DNA from: Nitrosopumilus sp.
GTDB lineage: Archaea > Thermoproteota > Nitrososphaeria > Nitrososphaerales > Nitrosopumilaceae
DNA: 64,000 bases
NCBI GenBank assembly: GCA_965238275.1
Contig: OZ250186.1
Location: forward strand, 800,001 to 864,000
Reading direction: 5' to 3'
Shown here piece by piece: positions 1-10,642 of the stretch (positions are counted from its first letter, which is position 1; every line of letters begins with the position of its first letter). The notes beneath the pieces are model-generated. The model was not told the origin of the DNA and did not search any database. It saw nothing but the letters and a program-made list of their open reading frames with translations. Position numbers and translations under genes: made by a program.

Positions 1-362
1 TCTGCCAGTTCGTATATCTCCCTTGGAACCTTCTCTGCCCCCACAACAACCAGCAAATTCTCCTCGCCCCTGAGCCTCTCCTGTACCTCGTTGATGCTCT
101 CACCGTACATGGACAGGTGCGCCACGGCAAACCCGTCCTCCTTTTTCTTTCTTATGACGGGCCTCCACTTTTCGATAAACTCGACTTGAAAGTCTCCCCC
201 CCATGTCCTGCCTACCTTCCCAATGGTATCTTCTATCTCGGGGTTGACTTCGTTCATGAGTATCCTTGCAGCGCCAAACGCCCTGGCAACCAGTGCCACG
301 TGTGTCGTAACCCTGTCATCCCTGACAAGCCGCTGGCCAATCCTGACCACCTCAATTACCAA
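1..362 (-). CDS. trm56: tRNA (cytidine-56-2'-O)-methyltransferase aTrm56, 3' end runs off the window
   Basis: Manual translation from TTG at 362: [31 protein letters not shown]...HLSMYG...[17 protein letters not shown], the hallmark aTrm56 SPOUT motifs. Not in the ORF track because it is truncated. Confidence 0.9.
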   Translation of the reverse strand, partial: MVIEVVRIGQRLVRDDRVTTHVALVARAFGAARILMNEVNPEIEDTIGKVGRTWGGDFQVEFIEKWRPVIRKKKEDGFAVAHLSMYGESINEVQERLRGEENLLVVVGAEKVPREIYELA

Positions 363-1449
363 GCAGGTCGGCCCCTCCAGGTTCATTCCCGTACCGAACC
401 CCTACTGCGTCCCTGACTGTCTCCTTGAGATGCCTGGCATTCTCCCCTGTTCTTGCAGATACCGGGACAACCCTTCTGCCTGTCAACCCGAGCATCTCAA
501 TTGCCCCGCTGATCTCCTCGTGTCCTATCAGGTCGGCTTTGTTTAGCGCATAAACCATCCTCTCCCTTTGGACACCCAGCTCTCCTAGGGTTCTCATGCA
601 GCTTGAAAACTTTTTTTTCATCTTTTGTGGCGGATCGCCTGCATCAATCACCACCACCACGGCATCTGCATGGAGCAGCTCCTCAAGCGTGGACTTGAAT
701 GCATCTATCATGTATGCAGGCAGCTTGTTGATGAATCCCACGGTATCTGACATCAGAAACCGCTCCCTGTCCACCTCCAGCCTTCTGGTCGTCGTCGACA
801 GCGTGGTGAACAGCTCCTCACCCTCTGCCCTCTCCTCTCCTGTCAGCCTGTTGAACAGGGTCGTCTTTCCGGCAGACGTGTACCCTGCAAGCGACACGGT
901 CTTGAATCCCATCCTCTTTCTTCCCTGTCTGTGCAGCTCCCTCTGCCTTCCTGACTTTTCAAGCTTGGTCCTCGTCGTGTTCATCCTGTGCTTGATGTCG
1001 TTATAGTATACGTCCACCTCGAACTTGCCTATCCCCATGAATCCTGGCTGCTCGCCCATTCTTGAGAGGCGAACCCTCTCCCTTGCCCTTGACATCTCGT
1101 ATCTCAGCTGCGCCAGTCTTACCTGTAGTTTTGACTCCGCACTTGAGGCCCTGCTCTCAAAGATCTCCAGTATCAGCGCCTCCCTGTCCAGTATCTCCAT
1201 GTGCAGGGCAGATGCAAGGTTGTAACTCTGGCTTGGCTTTAGAATTTCGTCGTATATTATGACATCCGGGTGCACCCTCCCTGCGATCTCCTCAAGCCTC
1301 TCCAGGATGCCGCTGCTTATACCGTATTTTGGCCTCTTGAGAAACCTCTGCCTCACCGTATGCACTATCTGGTATCCTGCAGCATCGCACAGGCCTGCTG
1401 CCTCGTCTGCAATGCCTTCCCTGTCATATGTGATTAGAATTGCCTTCAT
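352..1449 (-). CDS. hflX: GTPase HflX
   Basis: [27 protein letters not shown] (G1), DTVGFI (G3), NKAD (G4). Confidence 0.93.
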   Translation of the reverse strand: MKAILITYDREGIADEAAGLCDAAGYQIVHTVRQRFLKRPKYGISSGILERLEEIAGRVHPDVIIYDEILKPSQSYNLASALHMEILDREALILEIFESRASSAESKLQVRLAQLRYEMSRARERVRLSRMGEQPGFMGIGKFEVDVYYNDIKHRMNTTRTKLEKSGRQRELHRQGRKRMGFKTVSLAGYTSAGKTTLFNRLTGEERAEGEELFTTLSTTTRRLEVDRERFLMSDTVGFINKLPAYMIDAFKSTLEELLHADAVVVVIDAGDPPQKMKKKFSSCMRTLGELGVQRERMVYALNKADLIGHEEISGAIEMLGLTGRRVVPVSARTGENARHLKETVRDAVGVRYGNEPGGADLLGN

Positions 1450-1473
1450 GTTCCCGTACGCATCCCCGCAGAA

Positions 1474-2520
1474 TCATTCCATCTTTTTGAGAACCTTCTC
1501 TATGTTCATGTTCAGCACGATCTCAGATATGTCGCTTGCATACTCTGCCACCCTCCTGATGTTCTCTGCCATCCTTCTGACCCTGTAGATCTCCTCGTCA
1601 TCCTCAAGGGATTCTGATGCCTCCCTCACCCTCTTTTCGTACACTGTGATCTTCGAGGCATCCATGATGTTCTTTTCTGCCTGGGCATAGTTCTCCTTGA
1701 ATAGTGCCAGGCAGGAGTCGTCTAGCAGCGACAGGCAGAACTGGTTCATATCCTGCAACCTCTCTAGGACGCCTGCGGGTATGGGCTTTTTAAACTCCAG
1801 CAGATCCCTTGCAATCCACGAGGCATGATCGCCGGTCCTCTCGATGTTCTTTACTATCAGCCTGTACCCAAGGCAGTTCCGGGCGTTCTTGAAGCCCATC
1901 TCCTTTAGCATGTACTCATTCTGGATTGCGATCTTTAGCTGGCGGATTATGTAAAATCCGAACCTGTCCACCTCGTCGTCCGTGTTAATCACCTCCTGCG
2001 CAAGCTCCTGATTGTTCTCCCTTACTGCCAGGATGGCATCGTTTGACATTGATTTTGTCAGGTGCATCATCCGCTTGAAGGCCCCGTCCACTGAGAGCTC
2101 CAGCAGGTTGACTAGTACCTGTATTGTTATGCCCTCGCTGGAGTCTGAGATGATCTCCGATCCCATCAGCATCCGCTTTACGGCCTCCTTTACCGCATTC
2201 CTCTGGCTGGGACCAAGCCTGCCGATCTTGGGTTTTACATGGATGGTCTTGAATCCCAGAAAGTACAGGGATATCAGCTTTCTTACAATCGACGAGGGCT
2301 CGTCGTCAGTCTCAATCTCGATTAGCGCGTCCTCCTTTTTTTGCACATTGGTCTCAAACTTTGGCGGATGCAGCTCCAGGGTGGACAAGCCCTTTCTGAC
2401 TACCCTGAGCTGGTCGCCCTGCTTCAGACCCAGCTCAACGATCCATTGTTTTGGCAGTGAAATTATGTATGATGACTTGCCGGTAAACTGAATCTTCCTC
2501 GTCTCCTCTCTTTCCTTCAC
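1474..2520 (-). CDS. AbrB-domain / PhoU-family phosphate uptake regulator
   Basis: N-terminal RKIQFTGKSSYIISLPKQW (AbrB) plus PhoU repeats (DDEVDRF, ERTGDHA, RRVAEYASDISE). Confidence 0.85.
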   Translation of the reverse strand: MKEREETRKIQFTGKSSYIISLPKQWIVELGLKQGDQLRVVRKGLSTLELHPPKFETNVQKKEDALIEIETDDEPSSIVRKLISLYFLGFKTIHVKPKIGRLGPSQRNAVKEAVKRMLMGSEIISDSSEGITIQVLVNLLELSVDGAFKRMMHLTKSMSNDAILAVRENNQELAQEVINTDDEVDRFGFYIIRQLKIAIQNEYMLKEMGFKNARNCLGYRLIVKNIERTGDHASWIARDLLEFKKPIPAGVLERLQDMNQFCLSLLDDSCLALFKENYAQAEKNIMDASKITVYEKRVREASESLEDDEEIYRVRRMAENIRRVAEYASDISEIVLNMNIEKVLKKME

Positions 2521-2612
2521 GGGATATAGTGTGTGTGGCCAGTCTATATAGTTTGAGATCCGCGATCTGTGTCATCATTGGACTAATATTTGGTCGGAGG
2601 CTGTCCATACCC

Positions 2613-3080
2613 ATGGATCACATCCTGAAACTGCAGCACACACTTGATGCACTGTTTGGGAATGGCGTCTCCAGGCACATGCCAAAGGACGTGGTGATGA
2701 CATTCTCGCGCAAGACAGGACGGATCAGAACTGTCATGTCCGGGGGACGGCTGCTGTGCACGCTGAGAATCGACGGCGGCCTGGCATTAAGTCCGTATTT
2801 TGCCCAGATGCTACTGGGCAGCAGGGCGTTCCGGGAGAACTGTGTCGAGGTAAATTCGGAGGCTGCCCCGTTTGTAGAAGAGGGACGCTCGGTATTCTGC
2901 CGGCATGTGGTGTGGTGCGGCAGAAACGTCAGGGTGTCTGCCGATACTCCTGTAATCTTCGAAGGCAGGGTCATTGCAGTGGGCAAGGCGGTCCTCTCAT
3001 ACCCGATGATCGGCGATTTCAAGCGGGGCGTGGCAGTCCGGATAAGGAATAGCTTAAAAAGTTCCGCCGTGGAGGCATAG
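2613..3080 (+). CDS. Stand-alone PUA-domain protein (archaeosine TGT C-terminal-like)
   Basis: SRKTGRIR, GRSVFCRHV, VIAVGKA, GVAVRIR resemble the TGT C2 and PUA domains. ATG at 2613 chosen as start. Confidence 0.8.
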   Translation: MDHILKLQHTLDALFGNGVSRHMPKDVVMTFSRKTGRIRTVMSGGRLLCTLRIDGGLALSPYFAQMLLGSRAFRENCVEVNSEAAPFVEEGRSVFCRHVVWCGRNVRVSADTPVIFEGRVIAVGKAVLSYPMIGDFKRGVAVRIRNSLKSSAVEA

Positions 3081-3082
3081 TC

Positions 3083-3424
3083 ATGATGCGAGGACAAAAC
3101 CGCGGCATGCGGAGGTCGATTAACAAGATGGGCATGGACATGAACGAGATGCAGGATGTTCAGGAGGTAATCATTCGGACTAGCAAGAAGGAGATCATAA
3201 TCAACAAGCCCAGCGTAACTGAGATGAAGGCCAAGGAGAGCATAATCTTCATGGTTGATGCAGGCGACTACGAGGAGAGGGAACTGGAGGTCCCGACATT
3301 CTCAGAGGGCGACATCCAGATGGTCAGGCAGGCGGCAGACGTAGACGAGGCCAAGGCCATATCCGCCCTGACAGACGCCAAGGGCAACATTGCCCAGGCC
3401 ATTCTGCTTCTGACCGCGGGATGA
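3083..3424 (+). CDS. nac: Nascent polypeptide-associated complex protein
   Basis: NAC domain (VQEVIIRT...IIINKPSV) plus C-terminal UBA-like segment (DIQMV...GNIAQAIL). Confidence 0.9.
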   Translation: MMRGQNRGMRRSINKMGMDMNEMQDVQEVIIRTSKKEIIINKPSVTEMKAKESIIFMVDAGDYEERELEVPTFSEGDIQMVRQAADVDEAKAISALTDAKGNIAQAILLLTAG

Positions 3425-3498
3425 GCCCGTCTGGCAAATACCTTTCTGAAAAGAAATCCTAAGAATGATTTAAGTATGGAACAGTTATCGTCAGGAAC

Positions 3499-3825
3499 AT
3501 GTCCGAATCCCGCGTATCTGTAGTGCTCAAATCACTCAACGCCCTGGAGGATGATCTTAACTCGCTTAATGCCAAGGCCGCTGACATAAAGCAGGCCCTA
3601 TCAGTCAAGGTTCAAAATGAGATTGACTCCATGCTGGACAAGACCCAAAAGATCGCCACAGGACAAGTCGAGATGATAATCAGTGCATCCCGGGAGAAGG
3701 CCAACGCCGAATCACAAAAAATCATCAAGGACGGCCAGACGAGGCTTGCCGAGATTCAGGGGAAGATCGATGCCAACTTTGATGAGGCCGTGGTACACGT
3801 TGTGTCAACTGTTTTGAAGGAATAA
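3499..3825 (+). CDS. Coiled-coil protein, A/V-type ATPase subunit H/G-like
   Basis: 108-aa all-helical charged protein ending NFDEAVVHVVSTVL, resembling peripheral-stalk subunits. Confidence 0.5.
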   Translation: MSESRVSVVLKSLNALEDDLNSLNAKAADIKQALSVKVQNEIDSMLDKTQKIATGQVEMIISASREKANAESQKIIKDGQTRLAEIQGKIDANFDEAVVHVVSTVLKE

Positions 3826-3864
3826 CCCTAAATTCCACATCCTTCAATACCTAGTATAGACCCG

Positions 3865-4521
3865 TTGCTTGATGCCCGTATCGGAGTTGCAACTGCCTAT
3901 GGAAGGCCGTACTACCGATTCTCTACGCTTTTGAAGAGGTTCAACCTCTCGTTTGATTCCATCCTTCCCGGGGAGATTCCCGGGTATGCGGGGCATCTTG
4001 TACTTACCACATACGGGGAATCGCTTGTGGGATGCAGAATGCCGGTACTCTTTGAGGACATTCTTGGACACCATCCGACTGTAGCTAGGGGACTTATGAT
4101 GCAGAAGATCATGCCCGGTTTTGAAGACGAGGATCTCGTGCTGGGAATAGATCCCGGACAGAGGACCGGCCTGTCAGTGTCATACTGCGGAATGGAGATT
4201 GACGGGTCGTTTCATTCCTCCGTCGAGGCTCTTGCCACACACGTGGCCTGTATCCTCAAGGGCCTTGAGGCGGGGCGCAGAATAGTAAAGATTGGAAACG
4301 GGAACATGCACATGGCAGGGCAGATAATCCGCATGCTTGGTCTGAAGCGCTGCCCGCCGTTTGTGCTGGAGTTTGTAGACGAGCAGAACACCAGTCTGAA
4401 GATAAAGAACTTCAACCAGCGCGGCAGGAGGGACATTCTCTCGGCAAGGTACATCTCCCGGCGCCAGGGATACACGCATCCCGGAATGATGATGCAGTCT
4501 GCCGGGCCCGGAACCGTCTGA
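3865..4521 (+). CDS. Protein with C-terminal YqgF/RuvX-like RNase H fold
   Basis: LGIDPG..TG, FVDEQNTS and RDILSARYI match the three YqgF-type motifs. Confidence 0.6.
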   Translation: MLDARIGVATAYGRPYYRFSTLLKRFNLSFDSILPGEIPGYAGHLVLTTYGESLVGCRMPVLFEDILGHHPTVARGLMMQKIMPGFEDEDLVLGIDPGQRTGLSVSYCGMEIDGSFHSSVEALATHVACILKGLEAGRRIVKIGNGNMHMAGQIIRMLGLKRCPPFVLEFVDEQNTSLKIKNFNQRGRRDILSARYISRRQGYTHPGMMMQSAGPGTV

Positions 4522-4951
4522 GCTCCACACATGCCTGCTGCATGCATCAATCCAAGCCCGGCAAAATCAGACAGGCTAGGACATCGCCTCACGGACACGA
4601 CCTCCATGTGGTGCCGTTGCCGACCCATATATCAGGGAGCAAATCCCGATATTTCATCATCAAGTTTCCCCTGAAACCCCCATCTGGCGGACCATTCCTG
4701 TAAAACAGTGTGCGTTCACGTCCCCCCTTACCAATTCCACGCTAGCTGGGATGTCATACATGGGCATGTGATTCTGACTCCATTATGGAAGCATCCATCA
4801 GAAGACATGCCAGTGTGTGAAAATGCATGGCAAGAATAAGATGCCATCCTGCAGACATGCCTGGGGCTTTTTGTGGCATGTTCTGCAACGTGTCCTGTCT
4901 AAACCAAAATGGTGCGGCAACAACCCGGATCTGCTGGATGTCGTGGCGCGG

Positions 4952-6768
4952 TCATTTGAGATTCGGAAGTATCGGCGGCGGCGTCCCGGCCTCGAACATG
5001 TTCCACGAGTCGCATGCGGTGACTGCATCGCCTGAGAACATTCCGCGTTTTGCGCACGTGGCGTGAATCGTCTGGAGTGTGGCAAGGTTCTCGGCGGCGC
5101 GCCGGTTCGGAAGTATACGCTGTATGTTGCGCGGCCTTACGACATACCCGCGTATGGTCCTCTCGCAGGCGTTGGTGCTGCCCTCCATTCCGGGATGTCC
5201 GATGAACGTGAGGAGGTACGGCATTGCGTTTTCAAGCGTGCCTGCAAACTCGCGGCTGGCATCATCAGAGACTGCGCCGTTCCGGTATGCATGGGCCACC
5301 TTTCCGAGGCGCTTGAGCAGGTCAGACCGGCTTGATTCGACGTGTTCTGCCAGTCCGGGAACGGTCCTGACGGCGGCGCCGATGTCGCCGGCCATCTCGA
5401 GGGTCCTGGCAGCTGCTGCCTTGGCGTCGTGGTATATGCCGCGCATCATGACATGGCAGCTGCTGCCTTGGCGTCGTGGTATATGCCGCGCATCATGACA
5501 TACAGGACATACTCTAACGAGTCGATGCCGTGGCGAATGGCCAGGCCCTCGCTCTTGCGGCTCACGTGCACAAAACACGACTGGAACTCGCCCCCAAAGG
5601 TGTAGCCGCCGCGGTACATGTCTGCCACAAACGGCCTGTTCAGCACCATCCAAAAGGCGCCCTCCATGGTCTTCCTGGACTTGTCCTTCTCTATGCGTAT
5701 GAGGACAGCATGCTCTGTGTCCAGCACCAGGGCCTGTGCCTGCCTGCCCCCGATGTTTTTTCGCGACTCGTCTATCTGCACGTATGGCGCCATGCTGATC
5801 TTTTCCTCTATCTGTCGGAGAAGCGGTTGTGTTGTTGTTGCTGCTGCTGCTGTTGTTGCTGCTACTGCTGCTGCCATCGTGCCGGACCAGACTGCATCCC
5901 GGCTCTGGTCATACGACCCGTGATCTGCAGGTGGTCGGAGCGGTGCCTTGGAGACTAACGGTATTTCTGCATGGTCTGGGATCGTTTCCGGACAGTCTCC
6001 TTTTGCGCGTCCTGCCGTCCCCGACAGACAGTTGGATATGCATCCTGTAGATAACGTGACGCCGTGGTTTGATGCCAGAAGTTTTTGGATGGATCTTACG
6101 GATGGCACGACTGCGTGTATGTTGGTGATTATCCTCCTCAGGCCGGGTCCGAGCGATGATCCCGCAATGGTGCCAGTCTCGGGGTGCGTGACGGTACCGC
6201 ACCCGATGCAGTATGCCGGCACGGTCTCCTCCACGTGGCAGACCATCTTGCCGCATCGGGTCAAATCAAGCACCACCTTCCAGAACATCCCTTCGGGCTG
6301 TGTGTCCGTCCTGCCGCAGTTTTTGCACATGTCTGCCTGGCATGTCTTGGTCTCAGTCGGCTTGCAGACGTGGGAGACTCCCCTTGTCCCGGGCTGGTGC
6401 CCGCACCGTCTTCCGGCAGGACAGGCACTGCCGTCCTCATCCTCCCCGCCGATCCTGCCGTCGGCCCTCCTCTGGAACTCTTTTCGCTTCTTGACAAACA
6501 GGACTGCCTCCCTGGACGAGTGGTTCCAACTCTCGTGGACCGACAGCATCCTTTTGAGATTGGTTATCTCTTTTTTCAGGCCGTCATTCTCCATGGTTTT
6601 TTGTGCCAGCCTGTCCCTCAGCGAATCCACCAATCCCAAACACGTCGCAACCACCCCGATCAGGCAGTCTGCCACTCCCCATGCGCGGCGCAGTTCTGCC
6701 TGCAGGATCAGCTTTTCGGATTTTGGCAGAGGAGGAGCCATGCCTAAAGGGACACCTGCCCGGGGCAT
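4952..6768 (-). pseudogene. IS66 transposase split by a frameshift
   Basis: Leucine zipper, GHQPG, CxxC fingers, QIDES, ADMY, QSCFVH in 5446-6768; TNACERTIR in 4952-5653. The frame is broken by a 47-bp tandem duplication. Confidence 0.88.
5408..5501. repeat. 47-bp perfect tandem duplication
   Basis: GGCAGCTGCTGCCTTGGCGTCGTGGTATATGCCGCGCATCATGACAT at 5408-5454 and 5455-5501. Confidence 0.95.
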
Positions 6769-7159
6769 CCCACGGATGCCGGATCGGTTTTTTTAAATAT
6801 TGATTTCGTGCATGGATATTGACGCGCATGTTTCATGTGGATTCGTTGTTTACTGACTCATGCGTTGTCATTTTAAGCACAGATTTGGAAAAAACTTATT
6901 CATTGGTTTGTGCTGTTTGACACCTGTGCATTGGGATGACTGGCGTGGGTGGGTGCAGTATCTGGGGGGACGTGAACGCACACGTAAAACATGATGGTAA
7001 AATCAGCTATACATATTTATTGAAGTTTTCTAGGTTTTCTTTGCAACTAATGAGGCTAGTTGTGTTAGTAGTTGGAATATTTCCAACATTTAGCATCATT
7101 TTGTTGATATTTTATCGATCTACCCTTATATAGTTATAAAATATATATTAGTTACCAAG

Positions 7160-7570
7160 ATGACTTGCAAAGGAATTTGTGTTAGATACAAGGCTCAAAA
7201 GCCTGTTGGAACCGGACGATACGCTTCGGGACAACGTCGATGCCAAATTTGTGAAATATTCATCAAATGGGAAGGACTCTGGTGTCCATGTTGTGGTTAC
7301 AGACTGCGAACCAAGCCACGCAATCTGAAATACAAGGCAAAACTGCGTGCCCGAGTTGAAGCCGACTCGATCGAGGCCAAACCGGACATGATTGTCCAGC
7401 CTGAGGTAGTAGTGGCATCAACCAAGGTGGCAAAAACCAGAGAGAAGGCGCCATGCAAATACTGCGAGAAGCTGTTTGTCTATCCTGGCAAGCATGAGAA
7501 GAACTGCAAAAAGAACCCCGCACATGCTGCCGTCCCCCAGGAGCATGAATCAATAGCAATAAAAGCATAG
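7160..7570 (+). CDS. Thaumarchaeal Cys-rich zinc-finger protein
   Basis: CKGIC, RRCQICE, WCPCCG..LR and a second CxxC/H/C finger. AT-rich TATA-like leader at ~7126-7140. Confidence 0.75.
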   Translation: MTCKGICVRYKAQKPVGTGRYASGQRRCQICEIFIKWEGLWCPCCGYRLRTKPRNLKYKAKLRARVEADSIEAKPDMIVQPEVVVASTKVAKTREKAPCKYCEKLFVYPGKHEKNCKKNPAHAAVPQEHESIAIKA

Positions 7571-7585
7571 GACAATGTTCAAAGT

Positions 7586-7930
7586 GTGTTGAACTCTCCA
7601 GACGGAACCTGTCAGAAGATGGTATGTCTGGAGAACCGCACTTTTTCTTTATTGATTCAACGATTCGAGAACGGATGTTCCGTATTTATCAGCGAGGGAC
7701 CGGCCCGGATAGGATCCATGACTGCGTCCCTGGCAGGCGGGCCGGTGCCGGTGACCATTACCATCATTCCATCAAAGACCGAGTCCCTCTTCCTGAAGCT
7801 TGCAGCAGAGCGCCTCAGTACGCGGATGCGGGGCATTGCGCTTGTCTCGGTGTTTGTACAAAGGGAGCTGGGATCAGATACTGCCAAGGCCCTGATGAGC
7901 CAGATGATGGAGATGATCGAGGATGACTGA
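7586..7930 (+). CDS. Hypothetical protein, proteasome assembly chaperone PAC4-like
   Basis: Small alpha/beta protein (FENGCSVFISEG...LAAERLSTR...LVSV) overlapping the next gene. Confidence 0.5.
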   Translation: MLNSPDGTCQKMVCLENRTFSLLIQRFENGCSVFISEGPARIGSMTASLAGGPVPVTITIIPSKTESLFLKLAAERLSTRMRGIALVSVFVQRELGSDTAKALMSQMMEMIEDD

Positions 7931-9272
7931 CCTGAGGGAGTACATCTCCAGGATACGAGACAGCGGGGATCTGCTGACTGTAAAATCTCAGGCATCTCCG
8001 GTCTTTGAGATTGCCGGGATCACGGCAAAGTCCGACGGATCCCATGCTCTGATGTTTGAGGATGTGGAGGGGAGCGACTTTCGGCTTGCCGCCAACCTTG
8101 TAGGGACCAGAAGCAGGTTTGCAGCCGCAGTCGGGGCACCTGAGGACGGCATCCACAAGAGGATAATCTCGGCAATCAACCAGACAAGGCGGCCGGAGAC
8201 TGTTCCGTCTGGCAGATTCATGGAGAACAGAACTAGGGACGCCTCATGCCTGCCTGTTGTCACCCACTTTGAAAAGGAGTCAGGCCCGTTCATCACCTCG
8301 TCTATGGCATATGTCAAGAATCCTGATACCGGTATGCAGAACTCCTCATTCCACCGGATGATGCCCATTGATGATACGCATTTCTCAATAAGGATGGTGG
8401 AGGGACGTCACCTGCACAGATGTTTTGTGGATGCAGTAGAGCACGGGGAGGATCTGAAGACAGCAATTACGGTGGGCGTCCATCCCGCAGTCTCGATTGC
8501 AGGGGCATACCAGGAGGAGTGGGGCTCAGACGAGATCGACATTGCAAACTCCCTGCTTGACGGCCGACTTGCCCTGGCAAAGCTTCCGATTACCGGCCTG
8601 GCGGTCCCGTCAGGAGCCGAGATTGTGATGGAGGGAAGAATCCTTGGAGACAGAACGCATGAGGAATGGATGGTTGAGATGCTTCAGACATACGATCACA
8701 AGAGACACCAGCCGGTCTTTGAAGTAGACTGCCTGTACTATAGGAACAATCCCATATTCCATGACATTCTGTCAGGGTATTCTGAGCACAGACTGCTGAT
8801 GGGAATGCCGATCGAGTCAAAATTGAACAGGGACATTAAGGAGGCGTTTCCGCAGACCCGCAGGGTATCGCTGACCGGCGGGGGCTGCAACTGGCTGCAC
8901 GCAGTGGTGCAGATTGAAAAGAGGCAAGAGTCGGATCCCCTGGAGATAATCGACAAGACGTTTGCATCCCACCGCTCCCTCAAGCAGGTGGTGGTAGTCG
9001 ATCCTGACATTGATCCGGATGATGCCGGATCAGTCGAGTATGCCATGGCCACGCGGTTCCAGGCCGACAGGGATCTTGTAATTCTGAGAAACGTAAGGGG
9101 TTCGAGTCTGGATCCATCCAGTGATCAGGCCAGCCTGCAGACTGCAAAGATGGGCATCGATGCGACCCGGTCGCTTGCAAAACGCCAGGAGGGGTTTGAA
9201 GTGGCAAGGATTCCTGGAATCGACGGGATCAGTCTTGATGGGTATGATGGCCTGACGGATCGTACCGCTTAA
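7923..9272 (+). CDS. UbiD-family prFMN-dependent decarboxylase
   Basis: DLREYI, N.SFHR, AEIVMEG, VVVVDPDID, VEYAMATRFQAD, GSSLDPS, KMGIDAT. Possibly the archaeal mevalonate-pathway decarboxylase. Confidence 0.9.
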   Translation: MTDLREYISRIRDSGDLLTVKSQASPVFEIAGITAKSDGSHALMFEDVEGSDFRLAANLVGTRSRFAAAVGAPEDGIHKRIISAINQTRRPETVPSGRFMENRTRDASCLPVVTHFEKESGPFITSSMAYVKNPDTGMQNSSFHRMMPIDDTHFSIRMVEGRHLHRCFVDAVEHGEDLKTAITVGVHPAVSIAGAYQEEWGSDEIDIANSLLDGRLALAKLPITGLAVPSGAEIVMEGRILGDRTHEEWMVEMLQTYDHKRHQPVFEVDCLYYRNNPIFHDILSGYSEHRLLMGMPIESKLNRDIKEAFPQTRRVSLTGGGCNWLHAVVQIEKRQESDPLEIIDKTFASHRSLKQVVVVDPDIDPDDAGSVEYAMATRFQADRDLVILRNVRGSSLDPSSDQASLQTAKMGIDATRSLAKRQEGFEVARIPGIDGISLDGYDGLTDRTA

Positions 9273-9297
9273 ATCCGCTGGCCTGAAATTTTATACA

Positions 9298-9816
9298 ATG
9301 TCTGCAGGATACCGGCCGGATCAGAGAACCTCTTCTGAGTCACGCGCCGAGGTGATAGTTCGGATGTTTCCATCAGATGCCAACCCTGCAGGCAACGTCT
9401 TTGGCGGCCAGATACTCAAGCACATTGATATGGTGGCAGGGATAGTTGCCCAGAGGCACTCCCGGTCCAACGCCGTCACAGTGTCAATGGACAGCGTCAG
9501 CTTTCTCAAACCGGTTCTTGTCGGAAACGTCCTTACACTGAGTGCCCGGATAAACTACGTCCATAATTCGTCAATGGAGATCGAAGTCAGGACCGAGGCT
9601 GAGGACATAATTACCGGGATCAGCACGGTCACCGGTACGGCATTTGTGACGTTTGTGGCACTTGACGAGAATGGAAAACCCACGCCCGTCCCCGGGCTGA
9701 TCCTCAGTACAGACGAGGACAGGATCAAGTTTGAGGAAGGACGGCTCAGGATGGAAAAACGACTGCAGGCCAGACACTCGGGCCGGGCCACGTCCACCGG
9801 AACAAACCTGCCATAG
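9298..9816 (+). CDS. Acyl-CoA thioesterase (HotDog, YciA-like)
   Basis: DANPAGNVFGGQIL, VTVSMDSVSFLKPV, SSMEIEV, TFVALD. Confidence 0.9.
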   Translation: MSAGYRPDQRTSSESRAEVIVRMFPSDANPAGNVFGGQILKHIDMVAGIVAQRHSRSNAVTVSMDSVSFLKPVLVGNVLTLSARINYVHNSSMEIEVRTEAEDIITGISTVTGTAFVTFVALDENGKPTPVPGLILSTDEDRIKFEEGRLRMEKRLQARHSGRATSTGTNLP

Positions 9817-9836
9817 ATTGGTTTAAGAGAGGCAGC

Positions 9837-10253
9837 ATGTTACACCAGTTAATGTCCGGACAAGACAACAATGCACAATGGGATTCATTGTGGCAGGAGT
9901 ACTCAAAGTCACTTGAAAACTGGAAGACGCTCTTTGAGCAGATGCAGAAGGCAAGCGCCGAGATGCAGTCCAAGTTCAACGAGGTCTGGGAGAAGGCTAC
10001 TGCCGAATCCAGCAACGACACCCTCAAGTCGTTTGGAGAAAACTGGCAGAGGGCCATGACTGAGACCAACATGAGGGCCTTTGAGGGATGGCAGAAGGGC
10101 CTTGGCGATACAGGCAAGTCTTCGTTTGCACAATTTGCCGACAGCTGGCAGAAATCCCTCGGCACGTCGGGACTGGATCAGATGAACGCCTACGGGGAGA
10201 TGATGATGAAGTTTGCCGATACTTGGAATTCGATGTGGCCCCAACCAGGCTAG
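9837..10253 (+). CDS. Trp/Met-rich amphipathic helical protein
   Basis: Periodic W/F pattern (WDSLWQEY, FNEVWEK, FGENWQR, FADSWQK, FADTWNSMW). The true start may be the ATG at 9852. Confidence 0.65.
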   Translation: MLHQLMSGQDNNAQWDSLWQEYSKSLENWKTLFEQMQKASAEMQSKFNEVWEKATAESSNDTLKSFGENWQRAMTETNMRAFEGWQKGLGDTGKSSFAQFADSWQKSLGTSGLDQMNAYGEMMMKFADTWNSMWPQPG

Positions 10254-10574
10254 CATGAATTGAGAGAAAAACTGTTATTTTTTTGCACCTGCACGGCCTT
10301 GGAGATAATGACTGCCGTCGGGGTTGCCGGGTACCTGCTGTACCTTGGGGAGCACATACTGGCACTAATTTCAACTGTGGTGTTTGGCAAGCTGATCGTG
10401 TTTCATGCCGACAGCTGGCAGAAATCCCTCGGCACGTCGGGACTGGATCAGATGAACGCCTACGGGGAGATGATGATGAAGTTTGCCGATACTTGGAATT
10501 CGATGTGGCCCCAACCAGGCTAGCATGAATTGAGAGAAAAACTGTTATTTTTTTGCACCTGCACGGCCTTGGAG
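10136..10574. repeat. 169-bp direct duplication
   Basis: 10136-10304 is identical to 10406-10574 (offset 270). Confidence 0.93.
10260..10523 (+). pseudogene. Chimeric ORF: membrane-protein N-terminus fused to a duplicated tail of the upstream gene
   Basis: Two hydrophobic segments followed by ADSWQKSLGTSG...WPQPG, identical to the end of 9837-10253. Confidence 0.6.
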
Positions 10575-10642
10575 TGACTGCATGGAATACTTTGACAGGA
10601 GGTCTGCTGCGACCCTGGCAACCGAAAAAGGCGGTTCATGTA

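Larger units (their letters stand above)
4708..6983 (-). mobile_element. IS66-family element (single-ORF type)
   Basis: Perfect 20-bp TIRs GTGTGCGTTCACGTCCCCCC (4708-4727) and its reverse complement (6964-6983). 8-bp TSD GTAAAACA at 4700-4707 and 6984-6991. Confidence 0.95.
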
